Assembly (NCBI RefSeq): GCF_033153115.1
Contig: NW_026889758.1
Span: 50,034,001-50,098,000, forward strand
DNA: 64,000 bases
Direction of reading: 5' to 3'
From: Saccostrea echinata
Taxonomy: Eukaryota
The translations under genes were made by a program, and so were the position numbers. The notes beneath the pieces are model-generated. The model saw only the letters and a program-made list of their open reading frames with translations, was not told the origin of the DNA and searched no databases. Positions 1 through 12,986 of this stretch are shown here, piece after piece; the first letter of the stretch is position 1, and the number at the start of each line of letters is the position of its first letter.

Positions 1-1489
1 TTTGAACTTGCTGGAAATCATGGTACCACCCTGTCAATTTTGGCATTCTATCTTTAAAAAAAAATAATAGAAAAAATCCTGTGGGCGCAATTAAAGTGAA
101 TTAAATCTTTTAATCATCCTATTTCCATAGTTAGAACCTGTTTTGAATCGAGATGAGCGTGTTTAAGTGCGATTTTTTCCTCATTTAGAACGAATTCAAG
201 TGTATTCAATTTGCTTTTCGTAGCGGTGACGAACCCCAAATCTACATTCAATTCATTGAATTCAAGTTCTTGAAAAATAAAAATTGCAAGTTTACAAACA
301 GTACAGGTATATAAGTTAGAAATATCTTTTTATGTCTTCTTTGAATATATATGTTTATATATACATTTAATTGTTTCCTCAAAGTACATTCTATATTCGA
401 AAATCAATTTTGTTTATGCTAACTTTGAAACAGTTGTTAAACGTCCAAACTCGCATAATTTCTCACTCCCTTCTCTCTCTCTCTATCTCTACCTTCTCTC
501 TTTCTCTCTCTCTCTCAGGGCGTGGGTGCGTGTGTGTGAGAATATGTGTGTCTGTGAAATAATGTCTAAGGTGTATTTCATATTTTGCAAAGATTGCTAT
601 AAAATATTTACTGATAAAAGAAAAACATACAATATCCTTCATAACTTTTATTATAGTAAGTATACTTATATTTAAAATGAGACAACTTTATGTGCATTAG
701 CTGCCATTTACAAGTTTTTTTAATCTTGACAAAATAGATACTGCTACTAAACCAAAAGTTTCTCTGTTAATTGTATAGATAGTATTTAAAAAATTGATCA
801 CTTTTTTTTCAAAAATATTCATGACAGGATTATCTCGCATTACCTCGGAAAAAATGTCACAAATTGTCTTAATTAATTATAAACTCCAGTTTAAGAACTT
901 TCACTCTATTTCTAAATATCTATGTCATTCTCCTTATTTTCTACACGCATAAAAATGGTAACTGCCCACAGAATTGGTTATTTCTTCATTGTTTAAAAGT
1001 AGACTACAATGAAACATGGGTACTGCAGAATAATACAGACATTACTTGAATCATGCGATGTCTTACAAAATTATAATTTAATATAATTTATATAAAAATG
1101 AGTATTCATTTGTTTTGACAAATTAAAATTGCAGCAATGATGCCTTCCTATTTCTTTTTAAAATAATAAGCTAGGCCTCTTGTATCAGCCGCTTTAATGT
1201 CTCAATTTCTTTACGCATTTTCTCACCTGCAATTTCAATAAATACCTTTTAGTCTACGTAGAAATACGATCAATTTTGGATCATTAACAAGGATTTTGTT
1301 AAGTTGGAAAAGGCAATGACTTTAATTTAACTACGAACGGAGAGGAAAATAGATATTGATTTTAAAAAAAATCAGTGATATTTCAATCATTCGAATTTTT
1401 TACATCCCCGGTTGCAAAGAATATGTTTAACTGTCGGAACCAATGAAGCCTTAAACCCGCATCATAACAACCTAGTAGACTTAACTTCA

Positions 1490-1898
1490 GCTTGGTTACT
1501 CTAAGGAAATATAAGTCAATATTTTAGAAGCCTTACACGTAGGTATTAAATGAATATATCTTTCCATCGGGGGATTTGCTTATGGCGGGTCGATACCCCA
1601 CGCCAGATCGGAGCGCGGCGCACTCTATTTGAATATTCTAGTTACCGGAGATCTTCGGATGGTGGTAGTAGGAGCATGTCATTATCTAAAGGTATTTATC
1701 TCTCAAATCTGTTGTGTATACAATCACCGGCTCTTTAAATGTATTTTTTAAAGACACAGTCCAGGGTCTTGACAATGCACAAATAGTCTAGGATAATTAA
1801 GAGTTTGTGTCGATATTTTCTCTTTATATGTACAGAAGAGTTTTAAATGTTCTCTTCTATGTAGCGTTTACTTGGAGATTTTTCTAACTCACAAGAAG
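1490..1898 (+). promoter_or_regulatory. Putative promoter and non-coding first exon of the 4629-5849 gene
   Basis: Local GC/CpG-rich patch (ggcggg, gcgcggcgc), X-box-like gttaccggagat (~1641) and a strong donor GTAAGT at 1899. Confidence 0.4.
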
Positions 1899-4628
1899 GT
1901 AAGTTTTTTTAAGAGTGATTTTTGTATTATTAATACTCAAATTTGACAAATCGTCGCCAACTTCGTGCTGAAGATTTTAATGTACACACCTGATGAAATC
2001 TTTGTTCTTCCTAACACGAGCGTACCGATTTACAAAGGCTCGGTGATAGATTCAGATACACTCAAGTAACTTCATTTGATATCGGAAATAGTTTCTTTTT
2101 AAAATCTCCGAAATAAAAAAAAAATAATCATATGTGCTGATGATTAAAAAAAACTATTTTTCATTACTTCATTATTCTCCGCACGAAGTGTTTAATTATC
2201 ACTAACGTATAACTTTTCATTTCACGATTTTCTTTGTAAAATCACGATGCCAGGGCCTAGAATCGTTGTTTCATGCCGCAGTTTCGTGGACATCGTTTCA
2301 TTATTTTCTAATTTTAGACGATTCTCGAAATTTCAAATATAAACTGGCAATTCAAAAATACTTAGCTAATATATTTCAGAAATCTTAGTACTACGAAATG
2401 TAGATTTAATCTCAAGTGTAGATACGAGTTACGGTATATATAAAAAGTTTAATAACCTGTTGATGTTAGTTTGGGTCTCTGCGTTGGTAAGCGCATGATA
2501 AACCTTCACACTACGTCTTTGTACTTCTTTTTAAAATACTAAACAACAAGTTAAATTGTTAGTACTTTTTATGTTACAACTCAGACCCAACACGTGACAA
2601 AACCTTAAAGGATATTCTTCTCTGTTTGTAAATATCTCCTTTTCTGTTTGTTCACTAAAAATAATTTAAACCTGTTTTATTTGCACTTGTTTAAAATTCC
2701 CCATTTAATGTTAGTTTTCCAAACTTAAAGAATTGTAACTTTTATTTGCTTTGATCAGGCTGCAAACATGATTTAAAACCAAAAAGTTTGGTACCTTTCA
2801 TTATAAATTACATTTGGAGAATTGAAAGTTACCAGAGACAATCAATTATAGTATAGAATGCCGAAATCAATACATAAATGGCGAAGGACACACGTATCAA
2901 ACTTTGGTTTTATTTGCAAAATTCTCCTTGCTTGAATACTGTTTCACCATTCTGAAACCTAGAAAATTCTAACAATCGCATAAATAAGGCGAGAAGAGAT
3001 TTTTAAATTTTATGGTCTCTAATGAGCTATAGCTGAAATAATTTCCTCAACGGAATGAAAGGCAGATACACAAGATGTTTAAAAATGCATGACAATTCTT
3101 TACCTCGAACTACTTGAAAACTTTTCAAGGGATATCAACTTGGGCATATGTAACCAAAAGCCTTTCAAAGTTTATAGGTCCAATCGATGGTCTTTCGGAC
3201 ATTACATAAGGTGATGAAATACAGAAGGGATTAATAATTCCTGAATTTCGTAATTTTCTACCTGCTCCACAGGTGTGAAGAAATACTCGCTGAGAAATTC
3301 CTGCTTAAAAGTCTGTTGTCCATTACATCAAATGACGATTGTACAAGACATCATAGGAATATATCTTCAAGGCTTGAAATCAATGCCTGACTTGTCTTGA
3401 ATTTTATAAATTTCAAACACTACAAAACTCGAGTATCCACTTGACACAAATGACGGCTTTTATAAGATTGTGTTTTAATGATCGAGAGCATTTAATGCTT
3501 TTAGGAAAATAAAACATCTCACTTTAAAAGAAATGTGGACCGAATTGAGACTTTCATGAATTGGGTGACATGTATGCCTAAGCCCTTAGTTATTGTTTGT
3601 GTCAAATATGTCTATCGCATCTTGTTTTTCTTCGCTTTGATCATTTAAACTAAACAATCGTGTTATCTTATTTTCTTCTACTTATATGTTTTTTTCAATT
3701 GATCTAAATGTTTCAAAGTCATCGCCAAATTTAAAATTTCATTTAATACTGCTGCTATAATTTGTTGAAAAATGTCTTTGCACATTCTGTCGCCTTTGTT
3801 TTTGGTTACTTGGATACTCATCGAGTATCTTGGCTCTTAATAAGTACTTACAACTAATCGTTACTTAAAATATCTGTTTTACTTGCATCGTTGGTATGCA
3901 GCTTTAATAAATAGACTTCTGTGTTTTCATTCTGACAACTTAAACTGTATGATTCCCAAGGATATATACATGTAGCTTAAGTACAAAAAAAGTTAATGTT
4001 TTTGCGTTAAGAAAGCATGAAATCGCCTGAAACAACGGGTCGGATTTCAAGCTGGCATAACTATGTTGCAATACATTATTGAATACCCATTCAGATTTAA
4101 GTGTATTATTAAGCTTAGTTAATCAAGATTCTAAACAGAAGACCTAGATAGACTAAAAGGTTACGAGTCTGCAAAAAGGTTCCAATGTTGTTCCCGTCAA
4201 CATCGTAAACCCGTTTCTGACAATAAGTCAATTACGTTCAAGGTCTAATTAGTTGGTCTAAAACACATTATCACTGTAAAGGCCCCCAGTCAAGTATTAC
4301 ATTATACAAACATAGAAATATACTTCATCACCCAGACATGTATCTAACAAAGGTTTCGATGCGACCTTGTAGTTAATAAAATAGTATTTAAAATTCAAGA
4401 AATAGAATACCAAGTTTTGTAATCTCTGAATAGAAATATTTCGTGATCTCTATTTATCTTAGATAATCAAACCTGCCTATTGTTGCCCTTAAGCTTATAC
4501 AGAAATATTCAGTCTTTCATTTCAGATTAGATTGTCGTCTTATTTAAAGATCCAGTCATCATCAAAACATTAAATTCACAACAGACGTAAGAAGGAAAAT
4601 GGAATTGGAAATCACTTAAATTTTAGTT

Positions 4629-5849
4629 ATGTCTTCTTCGTCAAGTTCAAGTAGTTCTGGAATTTTTCAAACAGAAAATCGTGCAGCAACGCAGATTTCC
4701 CGGCTGAAGCAGGAGTACGATCGGCGACTTTTACATTATGAAAAAGAGTTCGATGTTTCTTTGTCTAGGATGATAAATCGCGAAAGGGGACTGAAAGAGT
4801 CTATGTTAGCTTATACAGAACGCATGCGTAAGATGACCAACACAAAAAATAGTGTCGAAGGGATGTTATCCAATGATTCACCGTTATACGTAAGAGCAAA
4901 ACATATTCCAAAGATACCTTTAACCAAAAATAAAACCAGGAGACCAGCATCATTTGATGAACTTATAGGCAAGAATGCAAAGTCAAAGTCAAATAAACCC
5001 CGGAGAGACAAACCAAAATCGGCTTCAAGGCTATCCCTCCCCTCGTTACCGGAACGATATAATAAAAATTCCCATCAAGTGAAAATCAGTTTCGTAAGTG
5101 CTTCAGATTTGTACGATATAGTGGATTTTAGTATAAGAAACAAGGGAAATAAGGAGGACACATTGAGATACATAGAAATGGATAATATTCATAATCACAC
5201 GCCCTCCCCTACAGGTCGCCCGCTGCCTGGTGCAGGGAATAGAAAGGCTTCTAGGAACATTAGTAAAAGTGCCAACAATGAATCGCCCACTCCTAAAAAT
5301 CCTAAAGACTTTAGTACTTTGCCAACACTACCACCGATAGAGAGTTCAGAAAAAGAACAAGACTCTGAAAATTCAGACACCGATAGCGATAGCTTAGACT
5401 TAAATAAAGCAAATGTGGAGGCTTTCAAAAGAAGGCCGAATCGTGCCAAACGTATGCAGATAAATAAACCAGATCTAGCAGATATTCCTGAAAATGACGT
5501 GGCGTCTCAAAAGAGATCGGCAAAGAGTGAACGAACACTGCCTTCCCCACCTCCCAAACAGTCACCAAGAAATGTCCTTAATCTGCAATCCCAGCTCGTG
5601 GCCATTCCAGAACACCAAACTCCGAGTGATGAGCTGTTGATTTTTGACAAGAAAAAGGTGGGGAAGTTACCCCGTCGAGAAAATGGACAGAATGTTACGC
5701 CTATGGTGCGACTGGAGCCATTTAAAAATGTCTTAAAAGAGCCAGAAGATAATACGGACCAGCATTTAAAAATGAAATTGAAAGCCCAAAAACGATTTAA
5801 AAAGTTGATTTTTCTCCGAGATGTTCCGGATAGACACCATCGATTGTAA
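4629..5849 (+). CDS. Uncharacterised 406-aa protein with an N-terminal coiled-coil-like segment and a basic, Ser/Pro-rich disordered remainder; single coding exon
   Basis: Long ORF in AT-rich DNA. Acceptor tttcatttcag| at 4525 just upstream, candidate 5'UTR-exon donor AAG|GTAAGT at 1898/1899 near a CpG-rich patch (1560-1680), AATAAA at 6241. No recognisable domain. Confidence 0.75.
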   Translation: MSSSSSSSSSGIFQTENRAATQISRLKQEYDRRLLHYEKEFDVSLSRMINRERGLKESMLAYTERMRKMTNTKNSVEGMLSNDSPLYVRAKHIPKIPLTKNKTRRPASFDELIGKNAKSKSNKPRRDKPKSASRLSLPSLPERYNKNSHQVKISFVSASDLYDIVDFSIRNKGNKEDTLRYIEMDNIHNHTPSPTGRPLPGAGNRKASRNISKSANNESPTPKNPKDFSTLPTLPPIESSEKEQDSENSDTDSDSLDLNKANVEAFKRRPNRAKRMQINKPDLADIPENDVASQKRSAKSERTLPSPPPKQSPRNVLNLQSQLVAIPEHQTPSDELLIFDKKKVGKLPRRENGQNVTPMVRLEPFKNVLKEPEDNTDQHLKMKLKAQKRFKKLIFLRDVPDRHHRL

Positions 5850-8581
5850 TGCTTGTTGAACAGTTTAAACTTCCCATTACCTCATACTGTTAAATCATTA
5901 AATCTTCTAATGTTGTTCTAAAGTTTATCTTTTATGTTTTGATTGGTAATGGTGCAGAGATAACACTTTATTCTGCTTGTGATGTACTGCACTGCAATAC
6001 ATGGTTCTATATACTCTTACAAACACTGCAGGAAATTTGCACCTTGTATACCTTTAACTCACACAATCGAAGGTCGCATTACCGCACTTTCGAGATAACG
6101 TGCATTATTTGACGAGAGATTTATTTCATGTTTTTATCTTTCAGGTGTCAAAAATCTCCCGACTTTCTGTTATCCTAAACATATCCTGAAAAAATATACC
6201 AAGTCTTTATAAATGGTTTATCTCTTCTTGTAAACCAATCAATAAAATTTCTCTTGAATAGTACGAAAACCAATTTTACCATAATTTTAACCATTCAGCG
6301 TTCAGATTTCTTTCGCTCAGACAAGACGTGCAGTAACAGTTTTCAAACAAATATTGTTGCGTACTTTGTGAACCGTATTTTTTTTAATTCTGTCTGGGTG
6401 TTTGTATTTATGAAATCGAAACAATTTTCTCTGAAAATAAGTGACATTTTCCTTATTTTCTATTTGAGGCGTGGTTCTGTTCAAGGTATTCAATAAGCAC
6501 TGTCCGTAAAATTCTTACCGAAGACATAAACATAATATCAAGAAATTAAATATAAATGGAATTGCATAAGAAGTATTCATATGCTTTCTAATCATAACTG
6601 TCATCTTTAAATGTTTTCAGATAAATAGTGTTAAATGGGGAGTACAGATCATCAAAACTGATAGCTTCTAACTGATTATTAATGAAATTAATATGTAAAA
6701 TTTGTCATCGTATGATTGGCTTTCCTGATGGGAGCACGGATTAATTAAAGATTCGTTCATTGGTCCACATTATACCCGTTAACCGCGATTTGTCACCATC
6801 ATATAAGGGTTTCTTACTTCAAACTAATTCACTTAAGAGTTTCTCAGAGGCATCGATTCGTATAACGTCTGCATTTTTATTGTGTTTACTTGAATTTCAA
6901 GATTACATAACTTATAAAAGGAATCCTTCAAAATAATTTACTTTCAGTTATTATTTCCTAATTTTTCAATTCAGTTGACATTAGAATTAATAGAAAAAAC
7001 ATTCTAACTCTTTTTTAATGAGTTCCGTGGGTAAACTCTTATTGTCGTTGAGAGTTCTGTAAATATGTTTTACGGAACGTTTTGAAAGCAATTTTCCAAT
7101 GCAATGCATACGCTTTTCATCTCTAATTCACTTCAATACTCGGTAAACGTTATTTTTCATTTATTTATTTTCACTGAATACAAAACGATTATGTTTCTAA
7201 GGCTACTTCCTCTGCTAAAGGCATCTTAATCACCAAATCAGTATATGTTATGTTTTTTTTTTAATTGTAAAAATAAAATTTGATGACAGTCAGCTGTTAC
7301 AAAAACGAGAGTAAAACGAGAACCATTTTATCATAATGACACAGTAAAACATACGTCTAATCAGCATGAACAAAATGTAGAGAATGGTCTGCAAACATGC
7401 ACGGTCTAAATGATAATGATGATAAAAATCCTGATTTATGTGGATGTTGCATATCTTTTTAATTATCAATTAATGCACCTGCATGCGACTAATATTTCAG
7501 TAGCAAATCAAAGCTCTTTATTTCACTCATTAACGATTTCCCGAAGGAGAAAACAATTGTAAGATTGTATTAGCTGCACCGAAAAGATTGAAAACTCACA
7601 AAAGATTTTCTACAAATTGCTTGCATACACCGGTACCGATTTTATTACCAAATACACACGTTGAATCAATTTTGAGTAATTCAAGCACTTGAGTTCATGG
7701 GGTTTTTAAATTGGCATATTCATTTGAAAGAAGTTTCAAAGGTCAATGAGAACTCAGATGAACCTATTATATGCTTAATTTTTTGCTAAATCAATTTAAA
7801 TCTATCAAATCTATTAAGTGTATTGATTTGAACTTTATATTTTAGACGAAATTTATTTTCATGACTTGTACTTTATTTTCTCAACCTTGTAGCATTAGGT
7901 GGTTTGAAATACACTCGGATGTATGTGCACGTTTTATTCAGTGTATAAGATGTATAAAGTTAGGATAAAAGAATGTATTTTAAATAACATAAGGGTAATT
8001 CACAAAACCTCTTTTTGATGCATGTGTTGTGGTTTTGCCCTTGAAGAGACTTGCTATTTGTGGCAGAAAACCAAGAAAAACTCCTTGGCTTTCAGTGTTA
8101 TGAGGGACGTGGGCAGCCAACAGTTCCAGTATGTTAGAATCCCCAAAACTGGGTCAAGGCACTTTAATGAAAAGTGGCTTCCCCCAAACATTAAAAATAT
8201 GAGCGTTTTATGAATTACGTGACACTGAAGTTTTTGTAAATTTTTAATTACAAATCCTTAAATAAAAGTTTATGTCAAACAAATCAAGAATTTTCAAAAA
8301 CAATACACAGCACCTGACCTGAGGCCTGAACGCTGGACTGAAAGGACATGTACATTTTGGTAAAAGGTTATGTACTCATTAAAATCATAAACATGTAATA
8401 ATCAGTATGTCCACTAGATGTAGGAATTCAGAAAAGATTTTAAAAGATATAAGGAATTTTCACAATATGACAACCTTAGCTCCATTTTGAGTCCTGAACC
8501 ATGGGCCTGCGGGCCACAACTTTTATAATTTTTTTATAGACGGAAAAGTGTATATTATAATTATGTGAACAGTTTTCCTGC

Positions 8582-9319
8582 TAGCTGTAGATCTGTAGCG
8601 CCTCGCTGAGGCCAGCTTTAAAATAATATTTCTTTGCCCTCTCCCGACTCATGATGAAAAAATTGGGTCGGTAGGTAGGTTGGATTTTTTTTCCACATGA
8701 AATTTCAACATCAATGCTGAATTTTCAAAATCTATTTTCCGGAATGCATAAAAAAATTGTTTCATGTAGTTAAAAAAAAGTTTTGAGTCGGGCCATTCTT
8801 AGCCAGTCGATCGGGAGAGGGCAATCAAACAATTTTTTAAAGATGGCCTGATCTGAAAGAAGACAAAAAACCTATCGAAAAAGTGTACATTTTTGTTGCA
8901 AAAAAGTGCGCTGTTTCTCTATTTATTTCTCCGTATGTTTCAAAATATAACTTGTGTTCCTTTCATATTCTTTTACCACTTCCACAACAAAACTGCATGT
9001 ACAAGTCGAACCGAATTGTCTTACCACCAAAAATGGTAGTATAAAAGGCGAAATTTTCGATGGTCTCAATTTCAGGTCCAGGAAGGCTATTAATAACAGT
9101 TTTGTGGAATGTTTGCTGTTTAAGTAGTACAAGAATATGTTAGGAACACGTGGTTAGTAATACTTTGAGATGGCAGCGTAAATATACAGAGAAATAAATC
9201 GAGAAACAGTGCACTTTTTGTGTTAGATATACACTTTTTTCAATGGGTGGTTCTGTATCTCTCTGGTCGTCCGTCTCAGTTTTTTTTTTCCAGACCAGCG
9301 AGCTACAGATCTGCAGCTA
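8582..9319. mobile_element. Non-autonomous AcademH-like DNA transposon
   Basis: TIRs TAGCTGTAGATCTGTAGC / GCTACAGATCTGCAGCTA (TAG...CTA termini) and a perfect 9-bp TSD ttttcctgc (8573-8581, 9320-9328). Confidence 0.75.
8610..8848. mobile_element. PIF/Harbinger-type MITE (239 bp) inserted in the left TIR of the AcademH-like element
   Basis: TIRs GGCCAGCTTTAAAA..TTGCCCTCTCCCGA / TCGGGAGAGGGCAA..TTAAAGATGGCC and a 3-bp TSD TGA (8607-8609, 8849-8851). Confidence 0.8.
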
Positions 9320-12300
9320 TTTTCCTGCTAATGTCCATGTGTAGAGAAGAAGATTTTCAAAGATGTAATGTATTTCAAAATATTATGACTTCAACACCTT
9401 GCGTTCTGCTAATTGCGTTACTTATAAGATTGGAAGATCCAGAATCTTTGTATACAATTCCCAACATATCAGGTGCAGAAGCCAAACTAAAACTCAATCA
9501 TTAAAATAGGTAAGAATTATTAACTTTAATGACTGTAATCTCACATAAATGGACTTCGTATGTAGACTGATACATGCGATTAGGCTCGATAAAAGAAATG
9601 AATAAAAACTCGATAACACTTTTAGTTACCAGTCCGCTAGTCCAAGTTCAAAGCAGTATCTACGCACAAAACGAGAAAACAGTTTTTATCTAAGTCTGCC
9701 TAATTCTAGGAGGAGAAATTTATATCCTTACCGATGAATTTAGACTTTAGTTAATTAAATTGACATTAGAATTAACAAAACAATTCCGTTGTGTTTGTAA
9801 ACAATTGCGCTGGAATTCATTCCACTACCCCTGCCAAATCTGCGTAAACAAGCAAAGTTGACAGCCAGACCGAACGGAATTTAAGTAATTAATGTATTTG
9901 TAACCCGTCTCACTTAGTGTTCTAACCCTATTACACGTAATCTTCGTCATTTTGTTTTATCTGCGTTGGCATTAAGATTGATTTTTAACTTAAAGTCCGA
10001 AGACAATTTATCAATGTAGTTATTAGAGTAATTATAAGGTGTCTTCTGGCACGTAACGCAAATATGGACAGACAGAAAGAAAAGAGCTACGTTTATTTTC
10101 TTCGATCTATTCAAATGAATCTCATTCCAAATTATGTTTTTATTGCATATTAGTAAACAAATATGAAATATGTATACTTTGAAATAAATGCGACGACCTT
10201 CTAAATTCAAACCTTTATCAGTAACTAAAGGCAAATGCAACCTGTTCCATTAATTTGAATGCAACTACAGAAATGTTCGATTCAATATAATTTTTTGTCC
10301 ATTTACATTTTAGAAAAAGCAAACATATTCAAGCTTATTATCACAAGACAATATTAGATTTGTTTTCATTATAGATCAAAAGGCTTTACATAACAAATAG
10401 TTTTCCTTTAATATCTATCAGTATCTAGTCAAAGACTACAAAACTTTACTGATTTAAATAAGTCCAGTAATTTTATTAGTCAGTTCTATTAAGGAGGTTC
10501 GATCCTGAGCTTTTGAACAGATTTTGTTCTAGACCTTTATTTCTAAAATTCTGCATCATTTATAAGTTCTATCATTAAATCTGGATTCTACAATGTAAAT
10601 TAAACTATATCCAAAGAAAAAACCGCGTTTAAATTCCATTCAAATAGGATTAAGCCAGGAACTTTATTTTGTGGCGGAAGGTTTTTTAGAAGAAAATGAT
10701 CAATTTTTCCCTTTTGAAATATATACAGTACTGTTAAGTTTAGATTCCTATTTTTCCATGCTGGTTGCAAACAGAGCTGTTTTTTGCAGTGAAATGTTTT
10801 ATGCTGGTTCTGAAATATCTATCAAATTATTTCTTATGAATTCTTTCATTATATTGTGACAAATATAGTAAATATATTCTGAAAGTCCAGGAAGAAATTG
10901 AGTCAATTTTAACGTAAAAGAACTAAGTACGTTACGTATTATTCGAAGGCCCACAATTTTTCGTATTTTGATATACACTTTTGCAAAAATATACCTACTA
11001 TGTATATGTAGAAGAAGATTGGTAGTTTTCATATATGCATAACAAAATTTCGCAAGTACGTTGATTAGAGGCATTCACATGATTTAAACATCCGTTCTTT
11101 CCGGAAATTGCTATTTTTTCCACTATTTTTACAACAAATTCCCAAAACTGAAGTAGTGCACACTCCTCGAGCAAAATAAAACATATATATTTGAAAATAA
11201 ATTGATAAAAGACAAGCAAAAATAATGGTAAGAATTTGCTCGAGGAATGTGCAGTATGTTATTTTTGACATTTCATGACTATTTCCGGTGGCGGATACCG
11301 AGTTAGTCGAGGGGCGATTTCTTATCAAGGAGTTATAATAATGGTGTATTTCGTGTAATAATGTTAAAATATAAATTTATCATTGATTGACTATATTTAT
11401 ATTGCTCATACAAATATATTTTTCATGAAAATAGCATAAAAGCTAAAAAAAAAAATGTTTATAGAAATGACAAATTGCAATATTGTTTTATACAAATAAG
11501 CCTTACACTTGATAAATGCTGCCAGGAAGAAGGGAAGAGATCAATTTTAATAATATACTAAATAAAAATGTTCAGCTAATAAATGATATCACTTAAAGTA
11601 TTATTGCAGAAAAGAAAATGCTTAAATCCTAGCCTTTATTTTATTTTGCTACTGAAACGGCCTAGTTGACTTCTGCATGTATGTAAATAAATTACGCAAT
11701 AAACTCAAAGATGACGTCACAATAGGTCCCCTTGCAACTCGTACATTTTTTGTAAAGGGGGGAGGGGGGGATAAATTCCCAATCTTTTGGATGCCGTTTG
11801 TCAGGACTGACCAGATCAATTAATATTCTGAAGTCTTGTATATTCAGTCATTTATACAAGTGCACGGTTGATGCTTCAATATATTTTCAGATTTTATAAT
11901 TCCACGCACAGCGTGTTGCATCTGCACAAGTTTATATTGTAGACATTGCCTGCTGTTAATATTATGCATATAAAAAAAGGCTCATATATCACCTAGTAAA
12001 ATTTATTTTTTACCCGTATATTCTACTTAAGATCATTCCACATATATACCATGCAGATTTGTAATTTCTTATCTGTCGAGGATCCAGTGACGTTAAAAGA
12101 AGACTGGAATGAGAAAGCGACAGAAAGGTCCAAAAAAGAATTTCTGTCAAAAAAAAAAAAAAATAATAAAAAAATAAATAAATAAATAAAAAGCTGTATC
12201 GGACGAAAGGTTCACTTTTCAGCAACTACCTGTCACTAAATTATTTCACCCCATTACGGCGATGTATGTGTATCACACAATTTAATATAAGTACTGTGGA

Positions 12301-12598
12301 ACAAAATTATCAGTCAGTGTGAACAAGTCTGAAAACAAGTTATTTATCTGGCACGAAGAGTCAGGGGAGCAGGGCCCCTTCCCACTTTTTTCCCAAACCT
12401 CGAAAATGATCATTCCAAGGCTAACCCCCCCCCCCTCCCTCTTTTTGCTGTAGCATAGGTAAAGTTAAGGAATTTGGTGTATTGGGGGAAAATTGGTTGT
12501 GAAAAAATAATTGTGAAAAGAAGTTTGAACTTTCCGTGACACGGGCCCTCGGTTTTTTAAGGTCTCATCCGAAAGACCCGAAACTTTCACTTCAAAGT

Positions 12599-12896
12599 GG
12601 GTCGCCCGCGTGGCGCAGTGGTCAGAGCGTTTGCTCTAGAGTCGCGGAGTAAGGAGTTGATCCTTACATCGGAGGTTCGAATCCCACTGTGGGATGTGAG
12701 ACCGGTCCTTCGGATGAGACCGTATAATCCGAGGTCCCGTGTCTCAGTAGGTGCTGGCACGAAAAAGATCCCTCACTGCTCAATGGCCCTCAGTGCCAAG
12801 TATAGGTCAAAATTTTCAGCTCTCCACCGGCAAGTGGTGGCGTCTCCATATGAGTGAAAAATTCTCGAGAGGGACATTAAACAACAATAAACAAAC
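12599..12896 (+). mobile_element. Full-length tRNA-derived V-domain SINE (BivaV-like)
   Basis: A box TGGCGCAGTGG (12611), B box GGTTCGAATCC (12674), long variable-arm hairpin gtaagga/tccttac, V-domain CCTTCGGATGAGACCGTATAATCCGAGGTCC, and an A/C-rich tail. Confidence 0.85.
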
Positions 12897-12986
12897 ACCT
12901 AAGCACAGGCACTTGTTCCGTATACGGGGCACCCCTACTTATAAGTAGGGGTCGCCCTCATACGAAACAAGTGCCTGTGCTTAGGT
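12897..12986. repeat. 90-bp near-perfect palindrome (hairpin)
   Basis: Perfect 21-bp outer arms acctaagcacaggcacttgtt / aacaagtgcctgtgcttaggt and a perfect 22-bp central palindrome acccctacttataagtaggggt. Confidence 0.9.

Larger units (their letters stand above)
8050..9395. mobile_element. Degenerate Helitron/Helentron-associated (Cg170-like) repeat array, interrupted by nested insertions
   Basis: Motifs such as gaagaagatttt and cctgaaccatgggcctgcgggccac. The sequence resumes after the 9-bp TSD at 9320-9328. Boundaries approximate. Confidence 0.45.

Noticed and set aside
12599-12695. tRNA-like sequence as a tRNA gene, and overlapping ORFs 12597-12948
   Set aside because: It continues into a V-domain and SINE tail and lacks a proper acceptor stem; it is a SINE head. 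The ORFs are incidental.
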